Assembly: GCA_965219415.1 (NCBI GenBank)
Contig: CBDCNP010000002.1
Location: 1,216,001 to 1,280,000, forward strand
Direction: 5' to 3'
DNA length: 64,000 nucleotides
DNA from: Candidatus Marinacidobacterales bacterium
GTDB taxonomy: Bacteria; Acidobacteriota; Vicinamibacteria; Marinacidobacterales; DATDRI01
In this document: positions 58,530-64,000 of the stretch, in pieces
How the letters are laid out: each line of letters begins with the position of its first letter
Numbering within the stretch: position 1 is the stretch's first letter
The notes under the pieces: generated by a model
Told to the model about the DNA's origin: nothing
Seen by the model: only the letters and a program-made list of their open reading frames with translations
Database searches by the model: none
Translations under genes and position numbers: made by a program

Positions 58530-60236
58530 TCACCACGAAGCCGCGTGACCCTCCCGGCGTGAATCGGCGCCTCCGGAGAGGACCCCGCTCTGCGGGTAAA
58601 TCTTGATGGCGTGGAGCGTTCCCAGCCGCTCAGCGGGTTCCCGTAAGCGGTGCCCCATCGTGGACAAAGCCTCCCGTACCTCGCTCGAAAACGGGCGCTC
58701 CAACACCAGGTCGGTTCCTTCCATATAGGGGATCGAGTTCCGCAGGTAGCGAAGCACGAAGCGTGGAGCCTTCACCGCCGCGTGGGCGTCCATGTCGAAA
58801 TCCATTGCGCGCACTGCAACCTGCAGAACCGTTTGTTGGATCGTCCACCCACCGGCGGCCCCGAGCGCGAAGTAGGGCTCTTCGTGCCGCATGATGAGCG
58901 TCGGGCTCATGACGAAACGAGGGCGCTTTCCTCCCTCGATGTAGTTGGCGTCCTCGGGATCGGTGCTGAAGTACGACATGCCGTTATTGAAGATGACGCC
59001 GGTGTCCGGAACCACGACGCCTGCCGGAAGCATCAGCGTTTGAGTAATCGACACCACGTTGTGATCTCGGTCGACCACGGTGTGATGGGTGGTGTGATCG
59101 ATGGCGCTGGTGGTCGTCGTCGACCGACGGACAGGCGGATAGAACGACGCTCGTTTTAGATCGATGCGCGCTGCTTGCTCCCTGGCATATTCCTTCGAGA
59201 GCAATCGCGTAAGCGGAACCTCGGCACCCGCTTTGCCGACATTGTAGGCATCGTCATCGACGAAGGCCAGCTTCATCGCCTCTGCCGCTAGATGGATGAA
59301 CTCGGGCGAGTTGTGACCGAGAGCGGAAATCTCGAACTGTTCGAGAATATTGAGCGTTTGTAGGACCGTCATGCCCGACCCACCCGGGGGCTGGCTGTGA
59401 ACGTCATAACCCCGATAGGTGATCGAGAGCGGATCCGCCCACCGCACGCGATAGCTGGCGAAGTCCTCGACGGTAACGATGCCACTGTTTTCTTGAAAGA
59501 ACGCTGCGAACTTCTCGGCGAGAGACCCACCGTAAAAAGCCGCTGGGCCCTCCGCGGCGATGGTCTTGAAGCTCGCCGCGAGATCGGGCTGTTGCAGCAC
59601 CTCACCTACCGGCCAGGGCTTACCGTTCTTGAAGAAAATGCTTGCGCCGTAAGGGTAGCGTCCCACCGCGCCGCCAAAGCTCCCATTGCCGAAGGGATTG
59701 CTGACCGACGGGGTCATCGCGAAGCCGGCCTCCGCGTACTCGATGGCGGGTGCCAACACTTGCGGCCAGCTCATCGAGCCGTACCCCTCGAGCAGGGCGG
59801 CCCAACCTGCGAGGTTCCCCGGAACGAGAGGCGCGATGAAGCCGTCTCGGGCGGGGTGGGTACGATCCCAGAGCCGTGCGCCGGCCTCGTACATTTCCGG
59901 CGTAGCCGCGGCGGGAGCGTCGCCGACGAAGTCCACCGAGCGAACGCGTTTTTCTTTGGCGTCGTAGATCAGCGCGTAGCCGCCGACACCGCCCAGGCCG
60001 GACATCAGCGGCTCGCAAACGGCGAGCACCGCAGCGGTTGCCACCGCGGCGTCGAAGGCGTTCCCGCCTTGTTGCAGCATTCTCAGACCCGCCTGCCCCG
60101 CCATCGGGTGCGAGGTCACCACCATGCCGTTGACCGCCATGTTCTGCGCTTCGGTGAGCATGATGCTCGACAGGACGATGGTCCCCGCCAGCACACTCGC
60201 GGCGACCATCGCTTGGTATCGTCTCCGTCCTCGCAT
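58530..60236 (-). CDS. Gamma-glutamyltransferase-family Ntn hydrolase, paralogue 2
   Basis: GGNAFDAA, VPG, H-TTH, GAAGG and GGADSRREG motifs, with an AAGGAGG RBS. Confidence 0.9.
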   Translation of the reverse strand: MRGRRRYQAMVAASVLAGTIVLSSIMLTEAQNMAVNGMVVTSHPMAGQAGLRMLQQGGNAFDAAVATAAVLAVCEPLMSGLGGVGGYALIYDAKEKRVRSVDFVGDAPAAATPEMYEAGARLWDRTHPARDGFIAPLVPGNLAGWAALLEGYGSMSWPQVLAPAIEYAEAGFAMTPSVSNPFGNGSFGGAVGRYPYGASIFFKNGKPWPVGEVLQQPDLAASFKTIAAEGPAAFYGGSLAEKFAAFFQENSGIVTVEDFASYRVRWADPLSITYRGYDVHSQPPGGSGMTVLQTLNILEQFEISALGHNSPEFIHLAAEAMKLAFVDDDAYNVGKAGAEVPLTRLLSKEYAREQAARIDLKRASFYPPVRRSTTTTSAIDHTTHHTVVDRDHNVVSITQTLMLPAGVVVPDTGVIFNNGMSYFSTDPEDANYIEGGKRPRFVMSPTLIMRHEEPYFALGAAGGWTIQQTVLQVAVRAMDFDMDAHAAVKAPRFVLRYLRNSIPYMEGTDLVLERPFSSEVREALSTMGHRLREPAERLGTLHAIKIYPQSGVLSGGADSRREGHAASW

Positions 60237-60263
60237 GGCTGTCTGCCTCCTTGAAACTGTGGG

Positions 60264-62381
60264 TTAGTTGTCGGTTGCCTCTTTCTTCTCTTCCGCCTCT
60301 TCCTCCTTCAAGCGTACGGCCCAAAGACCGGAGCCATAGTCGGTGAAGAAAGTGACACCCTTGTGAGGCTGGGCTCCCCAGACCTGCGGGGCATTCTTGA
60401 AGAAGCCCTCGGGATCGAAGGGGAGAAAGCGTGCGATCTCTCGACCTTGACGGTAGAGGTTCCCCCTCAGCTCGCCCGAGACATCCACCACGCGAAGGCC
60501 GCCGTTGTAGAAGGCCACGTACATGATGTCGTCCTCGACCCAGATGTTGTGGCTTCCCGCCTCCGGGACTTCGTAGCGGGCCACGAGCTTCGGGTCGTGC
60601 CCCTCGTTCCATTCCAGGATGTGAATCCAGCCGCGCCACCGAAGGGGCTCTCCCTCATAGCCAGGCGTGCCGGTGCCGCGCTCCGGCTTGGGTGAGAACT
60701 GAAGTCCGCTACGGGCCGCCTCGTCGCCAGCGAAGATATAGAACTTGCCAGTGGATTGGCTCTGATAGGGGTAAACAGCATGATTCCAACCGGTGGGAAA
60801 TCGAAAGCTTCCCATCTTTACCGGATTGCGGGGCGAGCCGCCGCGCCCGCCGCCTCCGACGTCGACCACCACCACGCCGTCGGTCCAGTTCGCGGAGTAT
60901 GCAACGCCGTCCTTCACGACCACGTCATGGATCGAGCGGTCGGGATTTTCAAGCTGAAAGCGCCCCACCCGGTGGGGATTTCTGGGGTCTTCTATATTAA
61001 TGATGTCGTAGCGACGGCCGCCGCTCAAGGCATAGACGTGGTTGTCGAAAATGTAGACGTTGTGGACGCCCCCGGTGAGTTCGTCGTCGAAGCTCGAGAG
61101 GATCCGCGCTCCGTTTTGGGGGTCTGAAACGTCGAGGATGACGATGCCATTGCGGCGGTTGGAGGCTCCTTCCCGGCTGATGACCGCCAGTCGTCCGTCC
61201 TCGGAAACCTTCACGTCGTTGACGGTACGGGCATCGACTCGGACGATGTCAATATGGATGATGTCGCCGGGATCGGTCACATCCCAAATGTAGGCATGGC
61301 CGCCGGCGCTGTGGGTCCCGGTGATCGCGTAGTCGCGGCCATCGGTGCCTTCCCAGACCCACAGGTCGGATGTAGCACGGTCGCGGACCTTGCCATGTCC
61401 CACGAGCTCGATCTCTCGGCGGACATCGCGCGGGCGGACGGCGACCACGACCGAGTCCGCGTGGGAGCCGGAGTTGGCGACAATCGTGTACTCACCGGGA
61501 AGATCCGCGACGAAGCGGCCGTCCTGATCAATGAGCCCCGACGACGGACCGCCGGAGGCGAGGTCGTCGGTCATCGCATGGAAACTGTACGTCACCGGCA
61601 TATCGGTGATGACCTGACCCTCGGAGTCGACCGGCTTCGCTTCCACATGGATGACGTCACCGGTTCGGGCTTTGGTCTGGCTAGTCTGTAACGTCAGCCG
61701 CGCGGTGGGATTCTCGACAACGGTGATCGGTAGGTTGGTAGTGACCGACTCCGCTTGGGCGGTGATCTCGGCACGTCCGGTACTGAGCAGCTTGATGTGC
61801 CCGAGGGAGTGGACCGAAACCACTTTGGGGCTGGAGCCCGTGAACCGAACCGGCACGTCTGGTCGGATGGCGCCGCCGGTGTCGATCACACGACTCTCTA
61901 GGCGCAGTGTCGTACCCTGGTAGAAGCGTTGGGGTGGATCCACTATCTCCACACTCTTCACCGGTGGATGCAGGATGGTCAGAGGGATCTCTTGTTGCAC
62001 GAAGGCTTCCACGTCCCGATCGCGACTCGTTGCCTCCGCATCCTTCGGCACGCGTACCGCGACCGAGTACTTCCCCGGCCGGGAGGCCGTCACCAAACCC
62101 TCGGGACTGATCTTGAACAAGTTGAAGCCCCACGTCCGAGCCTTCAGATTCCAGTACTGGCCGAAAAGCGGGAAGTAGAGCACCTTGACGTCCAACTCCT
62201 TGCCTTCAGCGTCCAAAACGGTCGCTTTGATCTGGACGCTTTCACCGACCTTCATCGTCAGCTCGGAAGGCTCCACCACCACCTTGGCCGGGACCGGCTT
62301 CGTCTCCTCGGCGGAAGTTGGCAAGAGCCAAGCGTAGGCCATCACCAGCAGCATCACTAGGGGAATGTACAGTCGTTTCAT
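60264..62381 (-). CDS. Ig-like + LVIVD-repeat beta-propeller protein, copy 3
   Basis: It has the same architecture and motifs as copies 1-2 (SDLWVWEG, DARTVNDVKVSEDG, GGVHN, IHD, GWNHA, GDE, GSHN). Confidence 0.88.
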   Translation of the reverse strand: MKRLYIPLVMLLVMAYAWLLPTSAEETKPVPAKVVVEPSELTMKVGESVQIKATVLDAEGKELDVKVLYFPLFGQYWNLKARTWGFNLFKISPEGLVTASRPGKYSVAVRVPKDAEATSRDRDVEAFVQQEIPLTILHPPVKSVEIVDPPQRFYQGTTLRLESRVIDTGGAIRPDVPVRFTGSSPKVVSVHSLGHIKLLSTGRAEITAQAESVTTNLPITVVENPTARLTLQTSQTKARTGDVIHVEAKPVDSEGQVITDMPVTYSFHAMTDDLASGGPSSGLIDQDGRFVADLPGEYTIVANSGSHADSVVVAVRPRDVRREIELVGHGKVRDRATSDLWVWEGTDGRDYAITGTHSAGGHAYIWDVTDPGDIIHIDIVRVDARTVNDVKVSEDGRLAVISREGASNRRNGIVILDVSDPQNGARILSSFDDELTGGVHNVYIFDNHVYALSGGRRYDIINIEDPRNPHRVGRFQLENPDRSIHDVVVKDGVAYSANWTDGVVVVDVGGGGRGGSPRNPVKMGSFRFPTGWNHAVYPYQSQSTGKFYIFAGDEAARSGLQFSPKPERGTGTPGYEGEPLRWRGWIHILEWNEGHDPKLVARYEVPEAGSHNIWVEDDIMYVAFYNGGLRVVDVSGELRGNLYRQGREIARFLPFDPEGFFKNAPQVWGAQPHKGVTFFTDYGSGLWAVRLKEEEAEEKKEATDN

Positions 62382-62789
62382 GATCACCTCACTCGAACGA
62401 CTTCCAGGAGTCTAGCATGCGATGGAGGGCGCCGGTGAGAGCTTTCACAAGCGTCCCAGCTCACTAAAGCGGCGACAACCTCTAGCTACCCGTGTCTCTA
62501 CTGGCGGGTTCCGGAACACTAGAGAATTGGGTCGCACCAATGTGGTCGAGCGGCGCCTCGTTGAGCTTACGCCAACGCGAATTCTTAGACAGCCTGCCTG
62601 AAATCACGCTACGATGCCCACCACTTGACACTGGTTCATTTCCCCGACTACCATCACCGCGCGCGAAGTCGTGTCAATGATTTCTAATTAGCGCCGTTTG
62701 TTCGTGTGCGCGAGAACATTACAGAAGAATTCCTCGTTTATTTAGCCATCTCTTGTAACCTAGATAGGAGATCCACAATCCGGACCACG

Positions 62790-62885
62790 TGAGATTCTGT
62801 CGTCATCGGGAGACGGCGTATCAGCCACGAGCTGCTTCACGCGAGCACATTTGGCTCGCCGGGGGGAAGCCGACACTGCTCTCAG
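62790..62885 (+). promoter_or_regulatory. Candidate structured leader RNA upstream of soxB (glycine-riboswitch-like landmarks)
   Basis: Nested pairings TGTCG/CGACA, CGGCG/CGCCG, AGCCA/TGGCT and TGCT/AGCA are present. GGGAGA...CGCCG...CTCTCAG occur in riboswitch order, but the GAAG motif is missing. Confidence 0.3.
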
Positions 62886-62917
62886 AGCCTTCATTTTATT
62901 TCAGACCGAGTGACATC

Positions 62918-64000
62918 ATGAGCAAATACTCCCAATACTCATTATTCAGCTTGGTTCGAAACGGCTTGAGCTACCACGAGAATTGGGCTCGACAATGGCG
63001 CAGCCCGGCGCCGAAGTCGGAGTACGACGTGATCATTGTCGGCGCCGGCGGCCATGGTCTGGCCACCGCCTATTACCTGGCCAAGGAGCACGGGATCACC
63101 GATGTGGCGGTGCTCGAAAAGGGTTGGCTGGGCGGTGGCAGCATCGGTCGAAACACGACCATCGTGCGTTCCAATTATCTGTGGGACGAGACCTCACACC
63201 TGTACGAGATGTCCTTGAAGCTGTGGGAAAACCTCAGCCAAGAGCTCAACTACAATCTTATGTTTAGTCAGCGGGGAGTCCTCAATCTCGGCCATAGCTT
63301 GGGCGACATGCGCGGGATCTCCCGTCGGGTGCATGCCAATCGACTAAATGGAATCGACGCGGAGATCCTGAATGCCGAGCAAGTCAAAGCGATGGTGCCG
63401 ATCATAAACACCTCCCCCCATGTGCGGCACCCAATACTTGGAGCTTCCCTCCAGCGGCGAGGGGGCACGGCCCGTCACGATGCCGTTGCCTGGGGTTTCG
63501 CACGTGCCGCGGATGCCCGCGGGGTGGACATCATCCAGGAATGTGGTGTCACTGGCATCCGACGCGATAACGGCCGGGTCGTCGGGGTGGACACGGCAAA
63601 GGGATTCATCAAGACCAAGAAGGTGGGGGTCGTGGTGGCGGGTCACACCAGCGTGCTCGCGGAGATGGCCGGGCTGCGTCTACCCATCGGGAGCCATCCG
63701 TTGCAGGCGCTCGTTTCGGAGCCCCTGAAGCCGGTACTGGATACGGTCGTGATGTCCAATGCTGTCCACGCTTACATCTCACAAACGGACAAGGGAGAGC
63801 TCGTGTTGGGGGCGGGAATCGACTCCTACAACGGCTACGGTCTTCGCGGGAGCCTCTCCGTGATCGAGCACAACTTGGCGGCCGTCGTCGAGTTGTTCCC
63901 GATTTTCAGTCGCGTTCGCATGTTGCGACAATGGGCCGGTACGGTCGACACCTGCCCCGATGCCAGCCCGATCCTCAGCAAAACCCTGATCAGAGGTTTG
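62918..64000 (+). CDS. soxB: Sarcosine oxidase subunit beta, 3'-partial
   Basis: [82 protein letters not shown]. It is missing from the ORF track because it runs off the window. Confidence 0.93.
   Translation, partial: MSKYSQYSLFSLVRNGLSYHENWARQWRSPAPKSEYDVIIVGAGGHGLATAYYLAKEHGITDVAVLEKGWLGGGSIGRNTTIVRSNYLWDETSHLYEMSLKLWENLSQELNYNLMFSQRGVLNLGHSLGDMRGISRRVHANRLNGIDAEILNAEQVKAMVPIINTSPHVRHPILGASLQRRGGTARHDAVAWGFARAADARGVDIIQECGVTGIRRDNGRVVGVDTAKGFIKTKKVGVVVAGHTSVLAEMAGLRLPIGSHPLQALVSEPLKPVLDTVVMSNAVHAYISQTDKGELVLGAGIDSYNGYGLRGSLSVIEHNLAAVVELFPIFSRVRMLRQWAGTVDTCPDASPILSKTLIRGL

Noticed and set aside
62490-62560. GGGTTCCG...TGGTCGAG resembling a ykkC/guanidine-I riboswitch
   Set aside because: The conserved 3' stem (CGGCGGGAnAAAAGCCCGGGAG-like) is missing.

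Overview
This is a GC-rich bacterial chromosomal window. Its gene content (Oar-type TonB-dependent receptor, Ser/Thr kinase-TPR, Thr-type sulfatase-TPR, many signal-peptide hydrolases) suggests Acidobacteriota, which is an inference. Most of it is a cluster of exported hydrolases and amino/imino-acid catabolism genes: a sigma54-type promoter before the TonB-dependent receptor, a hydantoinase/oxoprolinase A+B pair, three Ig+LVIVD beta-propeller paralogues, a YncE-like propeller, a CehA/McbA-type hydrolase, S9 and M14 peptidases, two divergent GGT-like Ntn hydrolases, a proline-racemase-family gene, two-subunit aconitase X, a broken NAD-glutamate dehydrogenase and the start of soxB. Mobile or accessory DNA includes an IS6110-like IS3 element with a CAC target duplication that splits a TPR gene, a 128-bp CTAG-flanked MITE, a YjjJ/HipA-like kinase and two nucleotidyltransferase two-gene modules. 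Two diverged gene remnants (sulfatase, MFS) border inserted cassettes, and the 3' 757 bp of gdh is inverted. About ten genes carry frameshifts or deletions, so assembly error must be excluded before calling them pseudogenes. No rRNA, tRNA or CRISPR array was seen. All family calls are from motif recognition, not database searches.
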